From Candidatus Adiutrix intracellularis (GTDB lineage: Bacteria > Desulfobacterota > Desulfarculia > Adiutricales > Adiutricaceae), in contig LQAA01000069.1 in assembly GCA_001577715.1 (NCBI GenBank), positions 3,703 through 67,702 of the forward strand: DNA of 64,000 bases. Direction: 5' to 3'. Below the pieces are notes generated by a model. It did no database searches, was not told the DNA's origin, and saw nothing but the letters and a program-made list of their open reading frames with translations. The position numbers were made by a program, and so were the translations under genes. Shown piece by piece: positions 11,060-21,899 of the stretch; positions within the stretch are counted from its first letter, which is position 1; the number at the start of each line of letters is the position of its first letter.

Positions 11060-11941
11060 GGCCGATTTAAGTTCGCGAACCCAGGGTGCGACGACGTCGT
11101 AAGCGATACTCCTGATGGAGGCCAAAACCACCAGGGCTACATTTTTAGGCATCAGAAGATGAGTGACATCAGAAGAAATGAAACGCTGGGACGATTTTTT
11201 AACCTTAATTTTCAACTTTCTACCACCATCTATACCGGAACCAGCATAAAATGGTGCTATTTTTAACCGAATACATATCGGCGAAAAGAATCTTTTCTTC
11301 GTTAATTTCGCCAAAAGAAAAATTATACAACACATCAAAAATTAGAGCCTCCAAATTATCCACCGTGACCAGCCCCTAATCGCTGTTTATTTCATTGGGG
11401 TCCAACGGAGCGAAATAACTATTGTACATAGCTATTATATCCAATCTCATCGATATTATAGAGGTAGCGAAAGATATCGGCTACGGCCTGCAGAGGGGCA
11501 CCCTCGACATAAGCTGGTGCTTAACTAAACCTGAACAACTCTTCCAGCTACTAAATGTTGGTGGCTTCTAATATGGCACATAGAGCTTATTATTTTTTTA
11601 TTATGGGATACAGCCAAGTATTTTCACGTCAACTTATAAGACATATTAACCGACGCTTCGGAGGGAACATCCCACTCGAATAAGTTAATTATGGAAAAAC
11701 TATACTGACGTGACAAAACCGTAGCCATGGTAGCACTTCTAATATAATTCTTTTTCAAAAGAAAAATAAACATTAGTTTATCAGGATTATTCTACAACCA
11801 CTTGATGGCTTCTTCTAACTGGCCTCGGGTGATGTACCTGGCTCTCAATAAATAAACGTCCACTATTAGCCAATGGCTTTTAATATTTTGTTTTTTAATT
11901 GTATCGCTTAAAGATGTTCCGCATCAGGCTATTTCACTCAT
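11060..11941 (-). pseudogene. PilB/GspE N-terminal (MshEN-like) domain gene pseudogene
   Basis: YITRGQLEEAIK..LLKKNYI..TVLSRQYSFSIINL..KYLAV..ATNI**LEEL matches the T2SSE/PilB N-terminal domain. Many stops. The 3' limit is uncertain. Confidence 0.6.
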
Positions 11942-11999
11942 ATCCTAATTCTTAAAGAAGATTCTAATAGCCATCACTGACTATTTACATAATAAAATA

Positions 12000-12890
12000 A
12001 CTTGAAAAAACACTTAATTATTATTTTTTTATTATATATCAGCTGAAATATTTTGCAAGCATTTATGAAAGTTAATAACTTAAATGTCGTAGCTAGGAAT
12101 ATAAGGGGAAAATTCGGCGGTCAGAAGAATCCGCTACACCACTGCTTCCGAGTCGGGGCTGGTCAGAATAAGGCTCAAGTAGCGCCGCTCGTAGTAGCCG
12201 CTCCCGGCCCCAGATTGGCGCAGTTCAACAAAAGCACGATCTTGGTCACTAAAACTATGTAGAGGGTCAAGTCGTCAAAAGCAAAGGCGTTGTCCACGTT
12301 TACCCGTTCGTCTGTTCCGACGGGGTAGATCATTAGCAGCCAAACGCCAAATTATAAAGCGACTAACCAAGGATTTTAACCAGGGGATGAACCGGACTCA
12401 CGGCCAGATAATATTTCCAAGACAGATAAGGGAAAGTAACAGTATCTTTCTGCCCCCGTAATTGTTCCCCGATCACCCCAGATCGGCCTCATTCTGAGCC
12501 AAAGCTACAACTAAGCCGGCCAGTTCCCACGGGTAACCTTCCAAGCGCAGCTCTGGATAAAAAAGCCGGAACCCAACCAGAGTAACAAGTAAAAATCAAA
12601 TGGCAGCGTTGCTAGCCGCTATACAAAACCGGACCTGCTCATTCCAATTGAAACACCCAATAATAACCTAGATGTTCTAAATATCAGCCAGAATGCGGGA
12701 AGCATTTTAGGATTATACCCACCAGACACTTACCGAATCGGATGAAAAATTTGACTTCCAGTTCTTTCTCTAATTCGCCAATTTACCAGTTTATACCCCG
12801 CTAAAAGACATAAAAGGCCTGAACTATCCAGGTCAGGTCGAAGCTGTAACTACCCGTATACTAAATAATCTTATTTTTTTAAAGATCCAT
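12000..12890 (-). pseudogene. CysB/Cbl-like LysR regulator pseudogene
   Basis: HTH ..QAFYVF*RGINW*IGELEKELEVKFFIRFGKCL; FYPELRLE; VSPVHPL; VNVDNAF..L..IVL resembles the CysB subfamily. Multiple stops and frameshifts. Confidence 0.7.
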
Positions 12891-13360
12891 AACTTTTACT
12901 TTAAATCAAGCCTCCACCACTTATGTAAACGTTTAAAGAGACCGACCTTTAACCTACTGCCGATGAAAAAATAGCCCCATAATTTTTTGGCCACAACCCT
13001 TGTTCTAGCCGCCGAAATAACTTTCAGTTTCACTGCCACCGTCGAGGTAAAAGATAAAAATTCCACCCACGGCTACGATCGCAACAATTACTTTCATTGG
13101 CCGAGCTATCGGGACGAAAGTCTAGGAGCCATATAGATTCACACCCCCGAATTTTGTACCGCTCTAGAAAGTAAAAACTAACGAGATCAGCATAGCCTCT
13201 ACCATGAATCTACCCCCCACCTCCCCCCGGCCCCCGAGGCCTCAAGGCTCTCTAAAACTTTATCTCTATCATAATGTAACGGACAAGAACTTCATAAAAA
13301 TTATTTTTCAGTGTATAATCTTTTAAAAAATTATAAACTATACTGAAAGGAGTTCCGCCC

Positions 13361-14659
13361 ATGGGCCGCGAGCAATACCGGCAAATCCTGCGTGACCACT
13401 TTCCCGATAAAATTAGTCTAAAAATTGGCAAGACCACTCTAGTTTACCAAAAACAGATTTACGAAATTAAAATCGACCCAGGGCTGGAGACCAGAGGCGG
13501 ATTACGCTACGGCGAAAATCCGGGGCAGGAAGCGGCCATCTACCGCCTAGTAAACGGCAACCTTGCCCTAGCCGGCGTAACCTATGTAGGCCCCGCCGAC
13601 GCTCTAGTCTCAGCCTTGACCAACAGCGAGTCAGCCAATAACAATATCTTCGGCTGCGGTAAACACCCCTCCAAAACTAACCTCACCGATGTTGACGCAG
13701 CCCTGGGTATTCTGCGCTATCTAACCGAAAAACCCACGGTGGTTATCGTCAAACATAACAACCCCTCCGGCGTAGCTACGGGCTCTAACATTAAATCTGC
13801 CTTTGAGCGAGCCTGGCTGGCCGACCCGGTAGCCTCTTTCGGCGGCGCTGCCGTACTAAACCGATCGGTGAATAAGCCCTGCGCCAAGGCCATGAATAAC
13901 CACTACCTCGAAGTAGTGGCTGCCCCGGACTTTGAAGAAAGCGCTCTGGGTATTCTTCTACAAAAAAAAGATCTACGTATTTTTAAAATAAAGAGGATAG
14001 ACAAGTTACAACACTTGGTCGTTAAACGCTTTCTCGATATCAAAAGCCTGATCGATGGCGGCCTAATTCTACAGCAGTCTGCCATTAATACTATTAACTC
14101 GGCCATTGATTTTATACCCGCCGTGGCTGAGCACAGCGGCCGGATCTATCAAGCTCAGCGCCAACCTACCGCCCGCGAACTGAACGACCTTATCTTCGGT
14201 TGGGCAGTGGAACAGGGTGTAATTTCAAACTCAATTCTCTTTGTCAAAAATGAGGCTACCATAGCTATAGGCGCGGGAGGGCAGGATCGGGTAGGTATAG
14301 TTGAGGCAACAGTGGCCAAAGCCTACCGCAACTTTTCTGAAAACCTTGCCCAAAACCACTACCACCAGTCTTTCAAAGAACTGGAGCTGGCCGTGAACAA
14401 GGGGGAAAGCCCCCGAAAAATTCTGGAAGACTTGAACCAGAAAACCCAAACGGCCCAGGGCGGCCTAACCGGCGCCGTCATGATCTCCGACGCCTTCTTT
14501 CCCTTCCGTGACGGGGTCGACACAGCTATCAACCACGGCATCCGGGCCATCGCCCAACCTGGTGGAGCTCTGCGAGACTACGAAGTCATAGAAGCCGTCA
14601 ACCAAGCCCGTCCAAAAGTGGCTATGGTCTTCACCGGACAGCGAGCTTTTAAACACTAA
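13361..14659 (+). CDS. purH: AICAR transformylase (PurH C-terminal domain only)
   Basis: LRYGENPGQEA, IVKHNNPSG, DPVASFGG, EVVAAPDF, SDAFFPFRDG, AQPGGALRD. No N-terminal MGS/IMP cyclohydrolase domain. AAAGGAG RBS. Confidence 0.85.
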   Translation: MGREQYRQILRDHFPDKISLKIGKTTLVYQKQIYEIKIDPGLETRGGLRYGENPGQEAAIYRLVNGNLALAGVTYVGPADALVSALTNSESANNNIFGCGKHPSKTNLTDVDAALGILRYLTEKPTVVIVKHNNPSGVATGSNIKSAFERAWLADPVASFGGAAVLNRSVNKPCAKAMNNHYLEVVAAPDFEESALGILLQKKDLRIFKIKRIDKLQHLVVKRFLDIKSLIDGGLILQQSAINTINSAIDFIPAVAEHSGRIYQAQRQPTARELNDLIFGWAVEQGVISNSILFVKNEATIAIGAGGQDRVGIVEATVAKAYRNFSENLAQNHYHQSFKELELAVNKGESPRKILEDLNQKTQTAQGGLTGAVMISDAFFPFRDGVDTAINHGIRAIAQPGGALRDYEVIEAVNQARPKVAMVFTGQRAFKH

Positions 14660-14681
14660 AATATCTACGAGGAAAAACAAC

Positions 14682-14861
14682 ATGGGCCATATCGGTATCT
14701 GGGAACTAATCATTATCGCTATTTTAATAGTCGTTATTTTCGGCGGCCGTAACCTCCCTGAACTAGGTCGGACTCTAGGCCAGCGCCTGACTAACTTCCG
14801 CCAAACCATAAAAAAGCCAGATGCACCGGCTGGGAAAAAAACAGGAGATGGCAGAAATTGA
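14682..14861 (+). CDS. tatA: Twin-arginine translocase subunit TatA (59 aa; not in the ORF track)
   Basis: MGHIGIWELIIIAILIVVIFGGRNLPELGRTLGQRLTNFR..., with GAGG RBS. Confidence 0.85.
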   Translation: MGHIGIWELIIIAILIVVIFGGRNLPELGRTLGQRLTNFRQTIKKPDAPAGKKTGDGRN

Positions 14862-15100
14862 GACCAGCTAAACTACCCGAAACGATCCGGGCAACGAGCA
14901 ACCTTTACGCCAAACTCCACCAAACTCTGACCGAAACCCAAGCCAGTCTCGCGACCAAAATCAGCCTTAAGACTCTAAAGATACAACTACTTTTCCCCCC
15001 ATCCGAAACAGTAACTGCCCAATCTGACAACAAAACGTTTGCTAAAAAAAATGCCCCCTCCGGACCCGCTAAGCAGCCGCTAACTTTTCCCCTCACCACC
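14858..15100 (+). pseudogene. Probable TatB remnant lacking the N-terminal transmembrane helix
   Basis: RPAKLPETIRATSNLYAKLHQTL resembles the TatB GPxxLP amphipathic helix; lies directly after tatA; no TM segment. Confidence 0.4.
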
Positions 15101-15140
15101 CCATTATTTTTAATTGTTGTAAAATTATACGGAGAAAGTC

Positions 15141-15662
15141 ATGGCAATTATGCCTATCCTGCAATATCCTGATCCCCGACTCCGCCACCAAGCGGAGCCA
15201 GTAGCTAATTTTAACGAGAGCTTAAAAAATCTAGCTGCTGATATGAAGGAAACCATGCTGAAGGCCTCTGGGGCCGGTCTGGCCGCACCACAGATATCTA
15301 TTTTAAAGCAGCTAATCGTCATAGCCGGAGCGGAGAACAACGAAGACTTCGACGACCGGGTGCTGACCCTGATTAACCCGAGAATAATCCACGCCGAAGG
15401 CGAACAGACTACCGACGAGGGTTGCCTGTCACTTTTAGATTTACGCGATCAAGTACTGCGAGCCGCTGAAATTACAGTTGTCTATCAGGATCTGGAGGGC
15501 CTCCAGCAAGAAATAACGGCTTCTGGCAGACGGGCGATCATTCTGCAACATGAAATAGACCATTTGGACGGCATATTATTTATAGACCGACTAAGCCTAC
15601 TTAAGCGCAGCATTTATAAGCGAAAAATAAAAAAAAACCTAAAAGTGGCGGCCGATGACTGA
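15141..15662 (+). CDS. def: Peptide deformylase
   Basis: GAGLAAPQ, EGCLS and QHEIDHLDG motifs. Confidence 0.97.
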   Translation: MAIMPILQYPDPRLRHQAEPVANFNESLKNLAADMKETMLKASGAGLAAPQISILKQLIVIAGAENNEDFDDRVLTLINPRIIHAEGEQTTDEGCLSLLDLRDQVLRAAEITVVYQDLEGLQQEITASGRRAIILQHEIDHLDGILFIDRLSLLKRSIYKRKIKKNLKVAADD

Positions 15663-16599
15663 TTTACGCTTGGTTTTTTTCGGCAGTTCCAAATTCGCCG
15701 TCCCACCGCTTCAAACCCTAGCCGCTGGGCCGGACCCGGTAGTCCTGGTTATTACCCCACCCCCGACCCCGTCCGGCCGGGGTCGAAGATTACAACCAGT
15801 CCCGGCGGCGGTAGCAGCCGAAGCTCTGGGTTTAAATCTCTTTCTCTCCCGTTCGATCCGCTCACCAAAAACTCTAGCCGCTATTCGGGCTGTCCAACCG
15901 GATCTGTTGGTAGTAGCCGCCTTCGGTAGCTTTCTACCTCCCGAATTATTAACCCTAACTCCCTGGCCACCCCTAAATATCCATCCCTCGCTTCTACCCC
16001 GCCACCGAGGTCCAGCTCCAGTTAGTTGGAGCATCATTCATGGTGACGCGGAGGTAGGGGTTTCCATACTTTTTTTAGAAAAAACTATGGACGCCGGACC
16101 AATTCTACGACAACGCGCCTTCCCTGTCGCCGGTAGCTTAGCCGGGGCTGGAGCTTGGGAAAATATTCTAGCCCAGGCCGGGGCCGAAGAGCTTCTAGCC
16201 GCCATAACTGATCTAAAAACAGGACGGGTCAACCCCCAACCCCAAGACCAGGCTCGAGCCACCATCAACCCACTTTTAACTAAAGCCGACGGCCGAGTAG
16301 ATTTTCAGCGCCCAGCCCCAGCTTTGGCCAGGCTGATCAATGGAGTCGACCCCTGGCCCGGTGCAACAACTACTTTCAAAGGACGATTTCTAAAAATTTT
16401 CGGGGCCTCAGCCGGGCCGGCAGCCTCAGTCGCCCGACCCGGCCAGGTACTGAAGTTAGATACCCAAGGCCGTATAGTGACAGCTACCGGTTCAGGAACC
16501 CTAGCTCTAAGCGAATTTCAGCCCGAGGGTAAAAAACGCCTAAAAGCGGCTGATTTCTGGCACGGTTATCACCCGGAAACTCTAGGTGATTTAAATTGA
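15655..16599 (+). CDS. fmt: Methionyl-tRNA formyltransferase
   Basis: VFFGSSKFA, NIHPSLLPRHRGPAP, MDAGPI; follows def. Confidence 0.95.
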   Translation: MTDLRLVFFGSSKFAVPPLQTLAAGPDPVVLVITPPPTPSGRGRRLQPVPAAVAAEALGLNLFLSRSIRSPKTLAAIRAVQPDLLVVAAFGSFLPPELLTLTPWPPLNIHPSLLPRHRGPAPVSWSIIHGDAEVGVSILFLEKTMDAGPILRQRAFPVAGSLAGAGAWENILAQAGAEELLAAITDLKTGRVNPQPQDQARATINPLLTKADGRVDFQRPAPALARLINGVDPWPGATTTFKGRFLKIFGASAGPAASVARPGQVLKLDTQGRIVTATGSGTLALSEFQPEGKKRLKAADFWHGYHPETLGDLN

Positions 16600-17954
16600 A
16601 TCGGGGCCTAACTCTTTCGCTCAACCCTCGTCTAGTGGCCTTTCTAGTCCTTAAAGAAACTGCAGCCGGCCGCCACCCGGAAGAAACTTTAGCCGAACAG
16701 GGTCAGCTTCTACCCCAACGGGATCAGAACCTAGCCGCAGCTCTAACCTATGAGACCCTACGACACCAATCGTTTCTAGACTGGGTGCTACAAAGCCGCC
16801 TCACAATCGGCCGGACTGGGTCGAATCTACGACTAGTACTACGTTTAGGCCTAACCCAGCTTTTATATTTCGACCGTTTAAAAGAACACGCAGCGGTCTC
16901 AGAAACCGTGGCCCTCGCCAAAGACCTCTTGCCCGGCCGAGCCGGACTAGTAAATGCAGTTTTACGGAGTCTTTTACGGACTAGAGCAGCTGGACACCCC
17001 TGGCCGCCGAAACCAACCCTGAGCGGGAACCCAGCAAAAGACCTGGCCCTCAACCACAGTTACCCATCCTGGCTGGTACTAAACCTGCTTCACCGCTTCA
17101 CCCCCAACGAAACCGAAGAAATTCTAGTCGCCGGCAACCGCCCCACCCCACCCACTCTACGCCTTTCACCAGGTCCAGTCGACCGCGAAACTTTCAGCCG
17201 CACCTTACCTTTCGACACCCGCCCAACCCTTTTTTCACCCTGGGGCCTAACCGCCCTCAAATTCGCCGGACGACCAGAAAATTGGCCTGGTTTTGCTGAG
17301 GGTCGTTTCACAGTACAGGACGAAGCTTCTCAGTTATTGGGCCTTCTGACTGGCTCCCTAGCGCCAGGTTCGAAAGTACTAGATGCCTGCTGCGGCCTAG
17401 GAGGCAAAACTCTACTTTTAGCCGCCTTAAACCCGACCGCTCTAATTATAGCCCGGGATAAAGACCCTACCAAACTGGAGCGACTGCAGGTTGAAGCCGG
17501 CCGCCTAGGCCTAACCAATATTCAAACTGAAAGAGGAGACTCACTAGCCGAACGACCGGAAAACACTGCCACCTATGATCTGGTTCTAGTAGATGCGCCA
17601 TGCAGCGGTCTCGGGGTCATCCGCCGCCGACCTGACTTAAAATGGAATAAAAGCACCACCGACCTATCGCGCCTAGCCGCCCTACAATTCACTCTACTAA
17701 CCGCCGCATCTAGGACCGTTAAACCCGGCGGCCGCCTAATTTACGGCGTCTGCAGTTTTAGTGAAGCCGAAGGGCCGGAAGTAGCTAAAAAGTTTCACTC
17801 CAACCGGCCGGATTTTCGCCCTGCCCCCACCGAAGCCTGGCCAGAATCCCTGCGCCCTCATCTGGGACCGGGACCCAGCCTAACCCTCTGGCCTCACCGC
17901 CACCAAACCGACGGCTTCTTCTGGGCCATCTGGCATCGCCTTTCACCGGCCTAG
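16596..17954 (+). CDS. rsmB: 16S rRNA m5C967 methyltransferase RsmB/Sun
   Basis: NusB-like N-terminus, QDEASQ, LDACCGLGGKT, DAPCSGLG; def-fmt-rsmB synteny. Confidence 0.92.
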   Translation: MNRGLTLSLNPRLVAFLVLKETAAGRHPEETLAEQGQLLPQRDQNLAAALTYETLRHQSFLDWVLQSRLTIGRTGSNLRLVLRLGLTQLLYFDRLKEHAAVSETVALAKDLLPGRAGLVNAVLRSLLRTRAAGHPWPPKPTLSGNPAKDLALNHSYPSWLVLNLLHRFTPNETEEILVAGNRPTPPTLRLSPGPVDRETFSRTLPFDTRPTLFSPWGLTALKFAGRPENWPGFAEGRFTVQDEASQLLGLLTGSLAPGSKVLDACCGLGGKTLLLAALNPTALIIARDKDPTKLERLQVEAGRLGLTNIQTERGDSLAERPENTATYDLVLVDAPCSGLGVIRRRPDLKWNKSTTDLSRLAALQFTLLTAASRTVKPGGRLIYGVCSFSEAEGPEVAKKFHSNRPDFRPAPTEAWPESLRPHLGPGPSLTLWPHRHQTDGFFWAIWHRLSPA

Positions 17955-19277
17955 GATAAAGACCCCTACCCCCAGATAAATGATTAGACTCACCACATCG
18001 CTAGTCGAAGTAACCACCGGGCCAGAAGCAAGGGCCGGGTCTATATGGAGAACTTTGAACATAAAGGGAATGATCGTACCCAGAGTGGTGGAGACGATGA
18101 TGGCCGTAACTATAGCCCCCCCCACGGCTACACCCAAGCTGAAGGCAGAATGGAACAGACCCACGCCCAAGGCTATAACTAGCCCTAGAGTAGCAGCAAT
18201 AAAAAAAGAAATACGAACTTCCCGAAAAATATTACGCCAGACCCGGCCTTCGACGATGCGACCCTTGGCAAGGCCACGCACAGTAATGGTAGCCGACTGG
18301 GAACCAACCGCCCCGGACAGACCCATAATCATAGGGACAAAGGGTATTAGAGCCAGCAAGCTAAGAGACGAAATTTCTAGATAAGATAGTATGGCGCTAG
18401 TAATAAAACCGCTACCTAAATTAAACAACAACCAGGGTATTCTAAGAGTAGCTATTTTAAAGGTACCGCTAGAATAAACTTCTTCCTCAGACGACCCAGC
18501 TAAGCGATAAAAATCTTGGTCGACTTCTTTGTGGACAACATCCATGATGTCGTCAAAGGTGATACGACCTAACAGACGACCGTGATCATCAATGACAGGA
18601 GCAGCCTGAATATCGTATTTCTGAAAATTCTGAGCCACCGTCTCCTGGTCTTCATTGATCCTAACCACCAGGGGCGGCGGGTTCATGAGCTCTTCCATAG
18701 CTTGATCCGGCCAAGCCAATAGAAGTTGCCGCATGGTTACCTGGCCCCGCAGTACCCCACTCTGATCCACCACAAAAATATAATAAATGTCGGTATTATC
18801 ATCCATACCCCGAATACGGTCAACCACCCCTGCCACACTTTCTTCTTCGACAGCGGAAACTAATTCTACCTGCATCAGACCGCCGGCTGTCTCCTCATCA
18901 TAGAGCATCAAACGACGGAGGCCATCAGCCTCTTTACCCTCGATGGTGGCCAGCACTTTATCAGCCTCATCACCTGATAGTTCGGCCACGATGTCAGCGG
19001 CATCGTCGGAATCCATCTCTGCCACCAACTCACTGAGCTGTTCCACCGGCATTTCAGCAGCTACCTGTTCCCGCGAACCCTCACTCATTTCCACCAAAAC
19101 ATCCGACCCCTGTTCAATATCCATGAGGGATATGACTTTAATGGTGTCTTCCAGATCTAGAGGATTTAGTATTTCCGCCACGTCCGCTGGATGCATTTCC
19201 TTAAGTATTGCAACCAGTTCCGCTTCGCGGCCTTCATCTAAGAAAGCTTTAAGATTGCGCTGCACCACTGTTTTCAT
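17943..19277 (-). CDS. mgtE: Magnesium transporter MgtE
   Basis: HPADVAE N-domain, ETAGGLM, CBS pair, PWL, G..GSQ..T..VRGLA and DPALASGP transmembrane motifs. Confidence 0.95.
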   Translation of the reverse strand: MKTVVQRNLKAFLDEGREAELVAILKEMHPADVAEILNPLDLEDTIKVISLMDIEQGSDVLVEMSEGSREQVAAEMPVEQLSELVAEMDSDDAADIVAELSGDEADKVLATIEGKEADGLRRLMLYDEETAGGLMQVELVSAVEEESVAGVVDRIRGMDDNTDIYYIFVVDQSGVLRGQVTMRQLLLAWPDQAMEELMNPPPLVVRINEDQETVAQNFQKYDIQAAPVIDDHGRLLGRITFDDIMDVVHKEVDQDFYRLAGSSEEEVYSSGTFKIATLRIPWLLFNLGSGFITSAILSYLEISSLSLLALIPFVPMIMGLSGAVGSQSATITVRGLAKGRIVEGRVWRNIFREVRISFFIAATLGLVIALGVGLFHSAFSLGVAVGGAIVTAIIVSTTLGTIIPFMFKVLHIDPALASGPVVTSTSDVVSLIIYLGVGVFILGR

Positions 19278-20068
19278 AGCTTACTTCTTTTCCCCTTCCA
19301 GAGAAACACCCGCGAGTGACCAACCCACCTAAAAAAACAGGACCAGAGTTTACCGATGAACCATAGGCCACGATTAGCCAGAGCCAAGCTATTTAAAGTT
19401 GTCTCCTACGTCCCAGCCACCAAATCCAGACTAGTTTTCCCACCAACCAATGCAAAAAGGCGGCATTAAGCTAAAATCACAATACTCAACTTTTGAGTCG
19501 ATGGTCGTCACCAAATCGCTCATATAGCCGTTAATTAACAATAGATTTATTACTACATCACATTCTAGTTCATTTAGACTAACCCCAGATTTATCACCGT
19601 CGCACACCACCAAGGACCGGCCAAAGACCACAAAATTACCGACCTAATGAGAGGAAAATCTACCAACCCATCAGGGCGCCAAAAGCGCTCCCCATCCCAG
19701 GCCCCAACCCCCACCTTAATAGGTGAATTTCCGTTTACCCGCCAAGAGTTCTAAGTCCAACACAAAATTCCGGTGGCTCTGATAGATTAACAGAGAGAAT
19801 TATCCCTCAGCTAGATTCGCCTCTTCCACGAAATATCCCCCGCCCAGAGATCAAATTTTTCCGGCTGGCCGTCGGTCAAGCTTTAGAAAAACAAAACTAA
19901 ACACCCATAAAGCCCCGACAACTCATATAGACGCCGATCTAGTGAAACAACCCCTAAGTATAGCTGCTCGCCACGAAGAAGAACAGCAATGACCTAAAAT
20001 ATTGAAACAACATAGCAGCACCTCTACAGCTAGTAAATGGAACTAGTGAAAGCCGAACGAATAAAAAA

Positions 20069-21130
20069 TCAGCGGGTTTTAACGAGAACCCAGGCCTCGT
20101 CATAAAGGCGGTTAGCCCCACCCAAATCTTCGAGGTATTCCATATTTTTTAAAGCCTCCTCATCAGGATAGATAGCGGGATTAGCTAAATCTTCCGGGGA
20201 AATAAAAACCTTGGCAGCGGCGTTGGGAGTGGCATAGCGATTAAAGGTAACCAGCCGAGCTCCCACTTCCGGTTCCAGTATAAAGTTAATAAAAGCGTGG
20301 GCATCCTTAGGGTTTGGTGCATTTTTGGGTATAGTTATGAGGTCGGTCCAGACTTCGCAACCTTCCCGAGGTAATAAATATTCGACCTCTGAATCTTCCT
20401 TGTGACCACGAATAGCCTCACCACTATAAACCTGGGCGACAACGGCCACGCCACTCATAACCTTATTTAGGCCACCTACCCCACCATCAAAACCAAAAAA
20501 GGTAGGTCGATTCTTGGCAGCAATTAGAAGTTTAGCGGCCTGTTCAATCTCTTTGGGATTGGTAGTGTTAAGGGAATAACCCAAATATTTTAAAGCCGTA
20601 CCTAAAGCATCGCGTGCCGTATCGAAAATAATGAAACTACCTAACTCGGCCTGAGGGTTATAAAACAAACCCCAGGTGTCGAGACCTTCCGTCTGCTTAC
20701 CCAACCCTTTACGCACTACTAAGCCGCTGGTACCCCATTGATAAGGGACGCTGTAACGATTACCCGGATCGACATCCAGTTTAGTAAAGCGGGGTTCCAA
20801 ATTTTTTAGATTAGGCAGAAGGCGATGATCCAGAGGCTGAATGAGATCTAGATTCCTGAGGCTGGCCATAAAATAGGTGGAAGGAACGATAAGGTCATAC
20901 TGGCTCTGCCCACCGCTCTGCAGCTTAGCCACCATTTCTTCATTAGATTCATAATAGTCCAACTTGACCCGAATCCCGGTTTTTTTCTCAAAGTCACTAA
21001 CCACACTAGGGTCGATATATTCTGACCAGATAAAAATCGTAATCGAGCCCATGGCAAAAGAGTCGGCAGCTAAGGCCGGACCCAAAGCAAAAAAAATGGC
21101 CAATAAAATAAGAACGGCGAATTTTTTCAT
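20069..21130 (-). CDS. potD: Spermidine/putrescine ABC transporter substrate-binding protein
   Basis: WSEYIDP, YESNEEM, YDLIVPS, DPGNRYSVPYQWG, PREG; signal peptide. Confidence 0.88.
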   Translation of the reverse strand: MKKFAVLILLAIFFALGPALAADSFAMGSITIFIWSEYIDPSVVSDFEKKTGIRVKLDYYESNEEMVAKLQSGGQSQYDLIVPSTYFMASLRNLDLIQPLDHRLLPNLKNLEPRFTKLDVDPGNRYSVPYQWGTSGLVVRKGLGKQTEGLDTWGLFYNPQAELGSFIIFDTARDALGTALKYLGYSLNTTNPKEIEQAAKLLIAAKNRPTFFGFDGGVGGLNKVMSGVAVVAQVYSGEAIRGHKEDSEVEYLLPREGCEVWTDLITIPKNAPNPKDAHAFINFILEPEVGARLVTFNRYATPNAAAKVFISPEDLANPAIYPDEEALKNMEYLEDLGGANRLYDEAWVLVKTR

Positions 21131-21899
21131 TTATTAGGTATCTCCCTATCAATATCGCCGGCCAAGACTAGCGATCTTATATATAATTAGCGAATTCTTT
21201 ATCCTGCAACATAATACAACCTTTGAGTCGGCCCACCATCAGTTTATTTATAACTATGGTTACCACGAGCTTGTATCTAAAAACTGAGTATTCGTTTTTC
21301 CTAACCTTAGAATCTATTGGTAAAGGCAATGTGAAGCTGTTTGTAGGCGACGGCTTTGGGGTAATGACTGGTGTATTAGAATATTTATTCATCTGAAAAG
21401 TGCTTAATCACATAACCACCCAAAAAATTCAGGGTGGCAGAAATACGATCATTTTTGCTACGTTCCAGAAGAATGTCAGCCTGACGAAAAACTTTTTGTG
21501 CTATTCATCTATCTTGGGCACACCCGTTTCTAAATTAACGTTTCATAACATAGCGAAACTTCCTTTAGCTTAAATATTGAACTAAACATATCTCCGGACG
21601 GCAGTTAAAGCAAAGCCAGCAGTGAAACTAAAACAATTATTAACCGGACGGCGATCCAAACCACCTTCATTAATTTTTTATTATACCTAAAATAGCGGGA
21701 CGGGGCAACGACCGATCTTTACGGCCCCAAATAATTTAATCTGCCCTTCTACAATACAACTATACTCACGCATGAACATTTAAAAAACTGGGGATTACGA
21801 ATAAAAATGGCGACTACAACAACGGATTGACACAAAATTAAATTGAAATTACTGAGCGATAAGAATAAAATAACAATAATTAGATAGTAATGCGCATAA

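Noticed and set aside
11057-11338. coaD or DNA methyltransferase in the 93-aa ORF (FYAGSG, FISS)
   Set aside because: The motifs are partial, and the ORF lies within the decayed MshEN-domain gene region.
19300-20040. recO or another gene upstream of mgtE
   Set aside because: The sequence is gene-like but no frame gave a recognisable motif; left unassigned.
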